The position numbers were made by a program, and so were the translations under genes. Source: Rhizaria sp. SCN 62-66 (Eukaryota). From it: a stretch of DNA of 64,000 nt. The notes beneath the pieces were generated by a model. That model saw only the letters and a list, made by a program, of their open reading frames with translations, had not been told where the DNA came from and ran no database searches. The stretch is taken from contig MEDY01000049.1 of assembly GCA_001724265.1 (NCBI GenBank), positions 1 to 64,000 of the forward strand. Reading direction: 5' to 3'. Below, one piece after another: positions 1 to 12,900 of the stretch. Numbering within the stretch: position 1 is the stretch's first letter; each line of letters starts with the position of its first letter.

Positions 1-911
1 TCATTTAACGGATGTTTGGCAAAGTTGTATGGATATTTAAAACCGCCCCTTCCAGGCGCGTTTTTGCGTTTTTCATAAACCTCTACATCAGGGGTACATT
101 CTTTAAGCTTGTAGCTGTCGCCATCATTACAAAGCATCAATGTTGGCACTCAAAGGAAGATCTTTATTGTTGCGAGTTGAGAGTGAATCAGGCATGCAGT
201 AAGTTAATCTAAAAGTACGAAAAGAGAATGAGGGAGATAGCAAATTGAACTTGGGTTCATTTTTGAAGTTCATTGGTAGGTGTTAGAACTTAAAAAAGAC
301 ACAATGCCGGCTAAAAAAAGCCAAGTATGCGGTCGAACAAGATAAAATAGCTCAATGAAGAAACAAAAAAAAAGCTTATAACCAATAGCAAGGACATGAG
401 CAAACAGCAGACAAGAGCTGAATGCACGCAAGAACAACGGAAATAATCATATCGCTGCCAAACAGTTTGCGTTGTAGTCGTGTTTTGTTGGAATAGTGCA
501 GTGAACAGTAACACAGTGATACAAAGCACACAAGACCTCATTCAAATGATTAAAAAAACATAGATTGTAATTATTTAGCGGTGAAAAAAAAGAGCATTTG
601 CACACTTAGAACTTGATGAAGTGAACAGAGAGAGGAACACGGATCAAAGAGCAATCACAGTGTACTTGTTATTTTCGATCAAGTACAGACGTGAGCAGTA
701 AACACATAGTGACGCGAAAAACAAAAGAAGCTAGAAACACACGACGCAGTAGCTGCACTATGTTCTAAGAAGTCAAATACCCCAACTCAACGAGCTAGGG
801 CAATAAGTTATACAAGAAAACGAAAAAAAAAAGAAGAAGAAAGCATATCAATATGAACAAAATGCGCGAGGTAGACCCATTAACAGACTTGCAGCTAGTA
901 GTGGACTTGAG

Positions 912-3900
912 TTAGTAGTAACCTTCCCAAGCTCCCATATCTTTCCTCACATAGTTACTATCTTGCTGCTGCTGCTGTGGCTGCGGTTGCGAGTATTTGC
1001 TTTTGCTGCTACTGCCAACGTTGGCGTTCGCACCGTCAGCTTCACTGTTGCTCACACCTTTGCTCGTCTTGGTCTTGGCGTTGTTGCCGCGCGCTTGCCC
1101 GTCGCCGTCGGACTCTTCTGAGTCGCTCTCGTCTAGGACATGACCGAGCAGCCCGCCGTTACTTCCGCCAAACATGAGCAGGTTGGCCGTGCTATTGTTG
1201 TTGCTGGTGCCCTCACCAGTGCGACTCGCCTGCGAGATCGACCGCGCCCTCACGCGCTCCAGCTCTTTCAGCAGCGGCGACTCGAACCCCCTCCGGTCGA
1301 ACAGCCCGCCCGCGCCGCCGCCGCCGCCCTCGCCGTGCTCCTCGCCGTGATCGCTCTCCTCCCAGATGCCCAGCCCGGCCCCCGCACCCGGCACCGGCAG
1401 CGGCCCCGGCGAGTCGCGCGGGATGCCGCCGTGCAGGCGCAGACTCAGGTTCGAGCTGCTGTTGCGGCTGCTGCTGAGCGCGGAGGGCGGGCCGCCGGGG
1501 CCAGACGGGGACGCGAGCCGGCTCTGGTTCCGGCTCTGGCTGCGGCTCTGGTTCTGGCTCTGGCTGCTGCTGTGGATGTTGCTGTGGCTATGGCTGTGGC
1601 CGTGAGTGGAGTAGTTGCCGAAGCCCGGGACGCCGGGCACGCCGTGCACGCCATGGGCGGGGCTGTGGTGGGGCGGGGAGCGCAGGCCGCGAGTGAGCAG
1701 CAGATGCGACTGAGAGTGCGGCTGCTGTCCTTGCCAGAGATCAATCTCAACTTCCGTACCTTGTCCCGTCGCTGTCGGTGCATTTTTGTTGTCCAGCGAG
1801 GATGAGTTTGGCAGCGCACCCGCGGGCAGTGCCAACGCACTGCCGCTGTTAGAAGGACTGTTCGCCACCGTATTGCCGGTGGTGTTGGAGATGATTGCGG
1901 CGTACGTGTCGCCGAAGCTCTTGGGGAAGTGTTTCTTGCCAGTCCCAGAGCTCACCGGCGTCGGCGGCTTCGGGGACTTGGTGAATCCGCTGCCATTGCC
2001 GCCATTGGCGTTGCCCACAGTCAGTCGGCTGCCGTCCGCGGCGCCGGTCGCCCCGCCGGCCCCAGTGTGCGAGACCGGGTCTGGGATGGTCACCGTGAGC
2101 CCCATCGCGTTGAAGCCACCGAGACCACCACCAGCGACGCGCGCGGGGGGCGGGCTCAGCAACGCGGGGCTGTGTCCCAAACCGCTAGCAACATCACCTG
2201 CGATAGGAGCGGTGCCGTTGGTGTTTGCCTTGTCACTGCCGCCGCCAATGCTACCGACGTTGTTGCTTGGGTTGGGATTGTTGTTGTCGGTTGGCGAGGA
2301 CATCGTCATTGAGAGCGTGAGCTTTGACGCTGGATCATCGCGTGGCGGTTGGTGCGGCTGCACTTGCGACTGGTGCTGCAGTGACGGCTGCTGAGGGAAA
2401 TACGGCGCCTGGTGGCTGGCAGCGTGCAGCATAAGGCCGGGTCTATTCAGCATCGCCGCTGGGGTTGACGTCATACCGTGCGGCAGAGCATTGGCGACGA
2501 TAGCCGACGGGTGAGCTGGGCTGGTGTTGGAGACGGCGCCGGCGCTGGTCGCACCGTTCGGTGTGTTATTAGCCGGGCCAGTCACCAGTGAGAGCGTACT
2601 AATGCTGTTGCTGTTGCTGTTAGCGATTGCGTTGTTGTTGGCAAAGATCCGCGGGTCCGCCTGCGACTGTGGCTTCAACACCGGCAGCGGCATCGGCGCG
2701 CCGTCGTCCGTCATCGACGTCATGTTGTCGCGGCTGTGGTGGTAGTAGCCCGTCGCGTGACCCTGAGTCGCGCCCACAACAGCTCCAGCGCCGCCGTGGC
2801 GGCCGCTGGCCGCGACGTCGTGGCTGCTCGACGTGTTACTGTAGTTGTGGCTGTTGTGGCTGTTGATGTTGCGCTGCGACGACAGGTCGTGGCCCGAGGA
2901 CGGCGCTTCGGCGACGGTAGGCAGCACCGTGAACATGCTGTGCGTGGACAGCAGCTGGCCCAGCGAGAGGCTGTGTGCGTTGTCGTCGTTCTCGTCGTTA
3001 AAGTCTGCGTGAGCGTCGCTGCTGGTGTTAGGCGGGGCAGTGATTGAAGGGCCATTGCGGGTCGCGGTGTTCTGTTGCTGCGGCTGCGCTTTGACTTCAC
3101 TTAGGCCTTTGTTGCCCTCACGACTTGCGTTCAGGCTCTCGCTTCTGGCGTTGCCACTTTTGCTAGCAGTAAGATTAGTGCCGGATGCAAGCGGCGAGGA
3201 CGCCGGGGACTGTTGCGGCAGCAGCATCTTGCCAACGCTCTGCATCTGGCTCAGACTCAGCGCTGTCACGCTCCGCCGGGAACCCGTTTTCCTGGAAAGA
3301 TTTCCTGCAATCAGGCCGACCCCGCTGTTATGACCGCTGCTGTCGTTGCCGCCGCCGCTGCTGTGGGTGGAGCTCACGTTGCGCATCTCCGTGCCAGCGC
3401 CGGCGCCGCCGATCGCGAGGGAAGAGGGCGGCCTGCTGGCGCTGGTTGCGGCCGCCGCGGCGAGCGACGACGTGGGTCTGCTCGTGTTCGCGGACGTCGA
3501 CCCGGACACGGTGGCCGAGCCCGAGGCCGTCGCCAGGCCAGAGCTGCTTGAGCTTGAGCTCATCGCAAAATCGCCCTGCGACTGCGTGGCCGCAGCGGCA
3601 GCCGCCGCAGCCGCTGCTGCTGCGACAGTAGTCTTGACCGCCCTGGCGCCAGCGGCAGTTGCGGTCGCGTTTTGCCGGATCTTCCCCTTCTCGGAGACGA
3701 CTCCGTCGGCGCTTGTGGTCACGTTGCTCATCGCCCCAGCTTCACCGTGCTGCTGCTGCTCCTGCTGCTCCAGGTGCTGCTGCTGCGAATGGTCGTGCGA
3801 CTGGTCGTGGTCCCTGCGCCGGCCCGGCGACGAGAGCGCGACCGACACGTTGCCGCTGAGACTCACCGACAGGCGTGGGGACGCTTGTGGCGAGCCCGGC

Positions 3901-6900
3901 ATGTAGACGCCGCGCTTCGACGTGACGCCGCCGCGACGCGTGCCGTCTCCGAATGACGACAACGCGCTCTGTTGCCCACTCGCGTTACCTCCGGTGGTAC
4001 CGGCGGCATTCTTGCCGTTGTGATTGGCGTTTTTGGCGCTGGGCGTAGCGGGAGCCGGTGTGACAGTAGTTGCGACAATAGCTGCGCCGGCCTGCATCAA
4101 AGACATGTGATACCCGCTGGCATTATTGCTGCCTTGTGGTGTCTGCGTTTGTGTCTGCGTGCGCGCATGTGAAGGGCTCGGCGCCGTCACCAGAGGCGGG
4201 AGCTGGTGCTGCTGCGCAGACGCAAACGCGACGGCAGACGAAGAGTGCGACGCCGCTTGGGAGAGCGTGGGAGTAGGCGACGGCGTCGGCGACGGGTGCC
4301 GCAACTGCATGTGCGGCTGCAGCGGCGACCGCGCCTGCGTCAGCGAGAGCGGTGTGACCGACTTGGTGCTTGGAACAAGCAGTGACTGCGGCTGCGGCTG
4401 TGCGGCGTAAGGTGACTGCACAAGAGACATCGGACTGTCAGCAATGCGCAGCGGAGCTGCTTTATTACTAGGCGACGCACCAACGGTATTGTTGACAGTA
4501 GCTTGCGAACTGGTGTTAGCGGGATTAGTTGGGAGAAGGGACTTCGTGCTCGAGCCTGTTGCGACGATCGCAGCTCCAGCCATGGCAATTGCAGACATCG
4601 CAGGCGCACTAGCGACATTACCCTTAGTTGGAGTGTTCATCGCAGAGTTGTTCGCTGTACGAAGGCTCGTGATCGCAATATGCGTGGGCATTCGATACGA
4701 ATCACTCTCAGCGGCATTAGCAGCGACCGCCATTACTTTACCTTGGCTATTGCTGCGCGTGGCTCCGCCGTCGTCACCGTCCATATCGTGGTTGCGGTCA
4801 CAGTCGGAGTCATCGCCACTGCTAGAGTCAGTGCAGCCGTCGTACTCAAACCGGTCAGACTCTTCGCCAGCGTCTTGTTTCTGACCAGTCGCACCAGCAA
4901 CAGCCGCACCCTTCGTAGCGCCACTGTTATTACTCGCACTTGCAAGGCTTTTGTCGTTAACCTTGCGACTGCGACTGTGATTTCGGCTGCTGCGCGATCC
5001 ACTGTCTTCCTTCCGCCCAGTACCAGCTCCAGAGCCAGTCTGAGCATGCACAGGACTCTTGTTATTGACAGCGGTTGGCGTGGCGGCGTTCGCCTTCGCG
5101 TCGCTGAAACTCGGAATTGCGACATTCAACATGCTTCCCATCCCACCATATGAGACGACGCCAGCAACAGAGTTCATGTTGCCGATCGTGATGACGCCGC
5201 CAGCGCCCGTATTCGCGCTCAAGCTCGGGTTCAATCTGTCGGCCGCAGTCGCAAACGTGGCCTTGCCTGCGGCGACCTTGGCGAAGGCGGCCTTGGTCGC
5301 GGCGAGCTTCAGCTGCAGCCCCTCGAGGCAGGGAAACAGCCGCACCACGGCCCGGAGCACGGGCGCCGCGGCCTGGTCGATCACGCTCTGCAGCAGGTAT
5401 GCCGCAAACGGCGCCTCGGTCTCAGTCTCGCCTCTCGCAGTCGCGCTGCCGCCGGCGCCGCGCTCGCGGTCACCTGCGGCAGCACCAGCGCCAGCAGCGC
5501 TACTGCCTGGAACGGCAGAGCCCGCTGCAGCTGAGACGTGACTTCTGCTAGTGTTGCTGCTGTTGTTGTTGTTGTTAGCGGTGTTGGCCGCGGGCGCAGC
5601 AGCAGCGGCGGCGGGCGCGGGCCGCAGCCCCATGGCGCGCGACAGCCCGGCCTCGCGCGCGCTCTCCTCGCGCAGCAGCGCGGCGCGCGCGCACGCGGCA
5701 GCGGGCGGCGCGAGTAGCCACGCAAAGGACGACAGCCGCGTGAGCGCGCGCGCGAGCAGCTCCTGGTGCAGCGGCAGCGACAGCAGCCAGTGCCACAGGC
5801 GCGGGCCGGCCTCGGGGTCGGGGTCAGTCGGCGCCGCCAGCGACGCCACGGCCACTGCGGGCGCAGCCGCGGGCTCGGAGTCGCCCTCGGAGTGCTCGGC
5901 AGTCGCAGCGGCGTCGGGCTTAGCCACTGCGACACTCGCCGCGGACGCGTTCACGTTGCTATGACTGGCGCCTGCCGCCGCGAGTGCGGTGAAGTTCGGG
6001 GACGTGGGGCGGGTCGCACTCGTGGCGGTGACAAGCTTAGGACTAGCGGGGCCGCTTCCGCCCTGTTGCTGCTGCTGCTGCACTGCACCACCGCCACTAC
6101 TCGCTGCTGTTGGCGTCGTCGGTGACATTGCGGGGACACCTGTTGTGGCAGCAGAGAGCATGTCCGGGGGTGTTCCGAGCAGCAGCGGCGGAGACTGCCG
6201 GGCAAACGCGGAGGCCCCAGCGCCGCGCAGCAGCGGCGAGAGCGCTCCGGACGCGCCGCCAGCCGCAGTCAGACTCGCCCCGGCACTGGCGCCCGCGCCC
6301 ACGCCGCTGCTGTTGCTGCTCGCGCTGGCGCCCGTGCTTGTGCTGACGAGCGCCGGCAGCGGGAGCGGGCCGGCGCGGCTGAAGAGCGGCGGCGCGGGAA
6401 CGGGCAGCGCGCGCGAAAAGGCCTGCAGCTCTGCGACGATGGCCTCGCCGCCCGTGGCGTCGGTGGCGAGGATACAGCGCGCGATGAGCTGGCGCAGCGC
6501 GACGTGCTCGGGCGAGTTGCTGCGCGGCAGCGCGGCGGCCGGGAACAGCGACACAGAAGCGTCGCACAGCAAACCGACCGTGGAGGACGAAGCGAGGTTC
6601 TCCATCGGACTGTTGCCGTTGTATAGCTGCGACAGTCGCGAGCAGGAGTTGTTCTCGAACGCGTTGCTGAGTCCCGTGTGGTCGATGTCCTGGCTCAGTG
6701 AGGCGATGATCGTGGCCGCGACGACCGAGGACGGCAGCGCGGCGGCAAGTCCCGTGGTGACGAGCAGCGCGTAAGACAGCGACACGCACGACACCGCGCG
6801 CGGCCAAGAGTGGAAAAGCTGCGGGCGGTGGCGCCCCGACAGCGCGGTCAGGTACAGCCGGCTCGCAGAGTCCGAAAGGTTGAAGCGCGCCGCGAGGCCT

Positions 6901-9900
6901 AGATCATGCAGCATGAACACGACGATATCACTCGCCAGCGCGAGGCCGGCAGGCGTGATCGCGCCGGGCACAGCGTTGCGCTGGCGGGTGCTGGCGTTGC
7001 TGCTCGAGCGGCGTACACCGCTGGCGAAGACATCTGGCGTGTCTGCGTCTGCATTTTTGTCCGCGTCGGCGTCGTTGTCAGCCCGCGTCCCCGAGATCGC
7101 CGCAGTTATGCGCGTGCTGCCGTCGGACTCGGACACGGCGAGCAACAACGACCAGAGGTCCGTGTTGTTGTCGATGAGCCACTGGCGCAGCAGCAGTCCG
7201 CTCATCTGAGGCAGGCCGGCAGCGACGCTCACACTATCGCGCTCGCTGAGACCACCCGCGTTGTTGTTGCTGTTGGCAAGCGTTGCGGAGACTGCAGCGG
7301 AGAGCAGCGTGAGTGTGTGAGCTGCCGGAGCGAGCGCTGGCGCAGCAGCGGGCGACACCCAGTGCTTAGCTTGCGCGACAGCAGGCAGCTGCGGCGTCGG
7401 TACGACAACAATCGCCATGGCGGCAGCAGCAAGCGCAGCCGCGGTCGTAGCCGTGGTCGACGCGTTCTTGGGGGAAGACAGCGTTGTACTGCGTGTGACT
7501 GCGTTGTTGATCGTCCTGTTGCTACTGCTGCTGCTGTTGTTAACGGCGACTGCGAACGACGGTGGCGGCGACAAACCAGGCGTTGCCGTCGCAGCACTAC
7601 CCAGGTTGCCCGCCATTGCACTCGGGGCAGCATTAGCAGTGTTCGCCTGCGTGGCGTTGCTGCTCGCGTTGGAGTTGCCGCCAGTGTACGTGACACCGCG
7701 CACTGTGGCGTCCACTGCGCCTTCAAATGCACTCTCAATGCGCGCAACAGCAGTGTTGCGAGTCGCATCAACACCAGCACCTCTCGCAGGAGCAGTGACA
7801 CCGTGACTGTTGCCGCTGGAGCTGCTACTCGTCGTGTTCGTGTTAGTCGCACTGCTGCTGCTGCTGCCGCTCAGGATGCTGCTGCTCGTCTCGGTCGTGC
7901 TCGTCGCGCGCGCGCGCTGGTAGGGCAACATCGGCCTGCTGCGGCCCGCGGACAGCGCGCCCTGCGCCAGCAGCGCGCCACTGGACTCGTCGTTGCTGCC
8001 GATCTCGGCGTCGGGCTCGCTAAGCACGGCGCCCAGCGGCGGCGGGCTCACAAGAGTCGCTGTGGATGCAGCTGCAGCGGCAGCAGCGGCAGCAGCCGCG
8101 GCCGCGACAGCAGCAGCAGCCGCTGCGCTTGCGAACGCAACGGGCGGCGGAGACGCTGCCTGGACCGGACCTAGGATCGTGTTGCGGCCGATAACGCGGC
8201 CGACCTTGCGCGCGTTAACTGCGTTGATGTCCGCGGCGCTGGGGCTCAGGCTTATGGGACGCGCCTTCCCAGCGACCGCGTTGGTGCCGAACGCGGGCAG
8301 ATCGGCGTCAGGAGTTGTGCTCGCCTTGTTATCGGCCCGGTTCGTACTACTTCCCACCGCAGCTGCGTGAGCCTGAATGGCGGAAGCGGATGGCGTTGCA
8401 TTAAGGTTGCTGATCATATTGTTGACATCCGCGGCACTCGTAGCTGCGCCAACGTGCTGTTGCTGTTGGATGGAACTCTGCGCATCAGCAGCGGTGCTAC
8501 CCACAGCGGCCAGTACAGCCGCATTTGTTGCAGCAGCTGCCGCAGCTGCAGCAGCCGCGGCAGCGGCGACTGCGGATGCAGCTGCCTCAGGCTGCACTGC
8601 ACCAACAAGGTCAGAGTGTCCGTACTGCCAGAAACGCACCATGGCGGACGCGGCGTCAGCGCCCATGAGTGCCGCGCGAGTGCCGGAGCTTGCGGCCCCC
8701 GTCTCTGCGGCCGCATCGGCGCCGGCGCGGAGGTCCAGGACGTCTGCCATGACACGCGGCAAAGTAGCGCCGAGCTGCTGACCGATGGCAGCGAGCAAGT
8801 CGGCCTCGCGCGCTGTGAAGGGTTGCGGCAGAGGCTCGCCAGATGGCGCAAACGCAACATTGACAGCGTTCAAACCAGCATCAGGACTATTGTCGTCAGT
8901 GGGCAGAGGAATGCACTGTGAGAGGACGGTGCCGGTGCGGAAAAGGGGACGGGCAAAGCGATTCTCGGCAGAGAACACGGCAAAAACACGACCCTGAGCG
9001 TCCTTGACAGGGACAATGAGCGCTGCGTGCGGGCGCGGCGGCAGCGCGGCCAAGCGCGCGAAATTGGCTGCACGATCTGCCTCGCTGCTGCTGTTCGCGT
9101 TGATATTCGCAATAATGCGCGTCGCGCAGCGCCAGGGTCGGGGCGGGAACGCGGCCGCGGCATCCGCGTCAGCAGCCACATCGGGCAGCTCGATGACGGT
9201 GCCCAGCGCGGCGGCGACTGCGAGAGGATGCGTCGGGTGCGTCATCGGCACGCGCGGGCACAGCAACTGCTTGTCGCTGCTGGCCACCTGCACGACCTCG
9301 CGCTTTTCGCGGTCGATGAGGTGCAGCGACAGACTCTCACAGTAGCACGCCTGGCGCGCCAACGCAAAGATCTGCGCCAGCCCGGCCTCGACGGGCAGCG
9401 ACACGAGCTGCTGCGAGGGCGGCACGGGGCCCGACGACGACGGGCCGAGCGCTTCCGCTGCAAACTGGCCGGCGACCGCGATCTTCTCAGTCTGATCGAC
9501 CATCTTGGAGGTCATGAGGAGCAGCTCGACGTCAGCGCTGCGCTGCGCGGAGGCGGCGGCAAGCGCGGACGTGTACAGGGCGGGCGCGAGGATGCAGTTC
9601 GCAAAGGTGCGCATGAGAGCTTCGTCATGGAGGGTGAAGCTCAGTGTCGCAACGCTGGCACCGTCAACGCTCTTGTTTTCAACGTTATCATCGCCGTCAT
9701 TGTCGCTGTCGTCATCGTCATCAGCAGTGCTTGCGTCCTTCTTCTCTTCCTTGTTGTCACGCATATGCGCCTTTGCACTCGCCGCCTTCGCTGTCGCTGC
9801 AGTTTGACCCGCGCTCGTCGTACTATTGGGCTTAGAGTTCAGCTCAGCAGGGGTGACCGAGATAGGAGGAATCTTGTCAATCAGCTGCACCAGCGCCAAC

Positions 9901-12900
9901 ACACGCTTGCCGCCGCCGAGTCCGCCCACCGAGCCAGTACTTGTGTCCACGTTGTTGACAACGCCATAAGGTATCGCCGGTGGAGGAAGGGCTGGGGAAG
10001 GGAGCTCGCCGAAGTTAAGCCGGGACTTGGCTGAGAAGTTAGGACGTGATGAGACCTTCTGGGCACGGAAGCTGTTCACAACACTGGGAGCAGCAGAGGG
10101 CGTGTTGGAGCTCGGCAGAGGAGCAGACTGATGACTGGAGTGCGCGTTGCCAGCATCAACAGTATTGAAGCTGCTGTTTGCGACAGCCTCATTCAGTTTG
10201 TCGCGACTGAAACTCGACTTGCGGCTCCTCCTCTTGATCTTTCCAGAGTGGATCACATGGCCTTGCTGTTGACCACTCATAGCTGTCTCCGTGGAGTGCA
10301 CCTGTGCCTGCGTCGCCTGTGCCTGACCGCGCGCAGCCATTAGGAGGCGATTAAGCGCTTCCGGCGAAGCCTCCGCAGTCGCTGCCGCGGGTGAGCTCGT
10401 CGTAGGAAGAGCAAGAGACCTCGCGCTCGTAATGTTGCTGTTGCTGTTGCTATGGCTGATGCTGTTGCTGTTGCTGTGGGGGGCGGCCGTGCCATTGGGC
10501 GGCGACGGCGACGGAGCAGGTGACCTGCGCTGGCTCGGAGTCACGACCCCACTCCCGCCTCTTCGTTGCCGCTGCAACAGTCTTTGCTGATGCGGCTGTT
10601 GCGGTGTCCTGACCGCAGAGCTCGCGGGCGCGGGCGTGCCAACACGCGACGGCATATTAGCGGCCGCGGGGACTGGCGGCGGCACCGGCAGACCGGGTGC
10701 GGGCGGACGGCGCGCGAGCGGCCGGCCGCGGGGCGCGAAGGACGCCGTCACCGTGCGCATGCCGCTGCTGACCTTGGCGAGGTTCACGGCGGCCGCGCTG
10801 CCGGAGGCGCCCGGGGTCGCGGTCGCGGGCGTCGTCGCGGTCATCAGCGGCCCCGCAGTGAGGTTGAGCGGGGAGGCGAAGCGGCCCGCCGTGAGAGAGT
10901 GCGCGCCGCCGGGGTGGCCATGCACCGGCGCGTAGCCGTTGTAGCCCGGGTAACCGTGGCCGGTGACCGAGACTGCGGCGGAGACTGGTGGAGACGACGT
11001 GTGGAACGAGGGGGAGCCGCCCGAGTCTGAGCCAGGCGATGAGGGGAACTGGTAGCCCTTTTGCGTCTGCTGGAGTTGTTGCTGCCGCTGTTGCTGCGCG
11101 CCGTTGTTCGTGTGGGCGAACGGCGGCGTGTGCGGAGTCAAGAGCGAGAGCGAGTGCGAATGATGGCGCGTCTGAGCCTGCAGCTGAGTAAGCGCGACAT
11201 CGACAGACGCTGATGCAGCGGCGGAAGTAGAGTTTGTCGCAGCCGAGGCGCCATCGCTACAGCTGAGCAGGCTCGCGTTCGCATTCGCAACTGGACCGGC
11301 AGGTTTCTGGTTTTGCCCCGTTGTGTTGTTGCCGTTGTTTGTGTTCGTGTTCCCGTTGCTGAGGTGGTTAAGCACGCTGCCTGTGAAGCTCTGCATGTGC
11401 GACAGAGGTCCCGGCACCATTTCTCCCGTGCTTCCAATCCCTCCGTTGCCACCAGCGGTACCGCCGGCGTTGGCATGCTGCCCCGAGCGACTTGTGTTCA
11501 GAGCGACCATCATGTTCTGCCGTTGTAGGGTCGCTGCGTCAATGTCGTTTAAGCTGGCGGCAGTATAGCTGTGCTTAAACGTGCCCACCGTGACACCGTG
11601 AGCCACACTGCTGGTAACGAGAAGGCCAATGGAAACGCCGAGAGCATTGACGTCGGTGTTGCTGTTCACAGCAACAGTGGGCGCAGATTGTTGCGTTGGT
11701 TGTTGTTGTTGCTGCTGTTGCTGCTGCTGTTGCTGCGGCGGCTGCGGGCGTGGCTGCTGCTCATCATTAGATCCAGTCGCCAAGAGAGTGAACGAAGACT
11801 GTGAGTGAGGACCCTTGGCGTCTGGCAGCAGCGAGTGCGAATGCGACTGCTGCAGCGGCTGCAGCGTCCGCACAGGTAATTGCACTGATGCTGCAGCTGA
11901 AGCAGAGGTTGAGCTACTCGCATGACTGTGACTCGGAGCGTGATTTTGCGCGTGAATGAGAGGGCTGTTGCCCGTGTCGTTGCTCGAGCTGTTTGCAGCC
12001 GACATAACAAGCGATGCAGCAGTCTGTTGCTTCGGCAGTGTGTTGTAGAGCTTGATACCCACACCGTTGCTGAGCCCAGCATTGTCAGGCATACCGACGT
12101 TCAAGTGAATATTTGTGCTCTGCACCGTGGTCAGCGGAACTCCGGGATTGCTGCTGCCGTGGCCGTTGCTGTTGGTGTTCGTGTTGCTGCTGCCCGTCAC
12201 GCCGCTGCCGCCACTCGGCGCCGGCGATTGCGACTGCGAATATCCCCGCATCAAGCCATGCGCGTGACTCTGACTGGCGCTCGCGCCAGCGGCGTCGCCA
12301 CTGACAACCGACGCCGCGAGCCGCAGCGGCGGCGTCGGCCGAACTGTGATGGTCGCGCCAGTCGGCGTGGGGGCGCGGGCAAAGGCGCTGGGACCCGCCG
12401 GGTTGGCCATCGTGATGTTCACCGTCGCAGCGGGCGAGAACGCTGGCGGCAGCACCGCGATCGTCACCGACGAGGCACCGTCGGACCACTCGTCGTCGCG
12501 ATAGTCGCCTTCGCCTTCGCCGTCGCCGTCGCCGCCGTCGTCAGCGTCGCCAGCGGCACCGCCGCCGAAGAGGCGTGGCTGACTGAGGAAGGCTCTGGCC
12601 GCTGTCGTGGTGTCGCCACCTGCCTCGCTGCCGCCGTCGGGATGGTTGCCAGCGTCGAGCTTGACATTCCCAGCCGCAGCGGCGGCGGCGGTGACAGCGG
12701 CGATAGTTGCGCTGGGCGGGTGGGCGTTGGACGCACTGAGCTCAGAGCGGCAGCTGGCAACGGAGTTAAGCAGAGTCAACAGAGGCGCCTGCTCAACGGC
12801 GCCGGCGCCGGCGTTCGCACCGGCTGCGGCCGCCGCGGCCGCGTTTGCGCCCGTGATGGAGCGCACGCGTACGAACCCGGGCGGGGCGGCGACGAGGGGC

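Noticed and set aside
12-541. Short ORFs 12-212 and 311-541
   Set aside because: AT-rich 3' UTR or intergenic sequence without coding-type codon bias.
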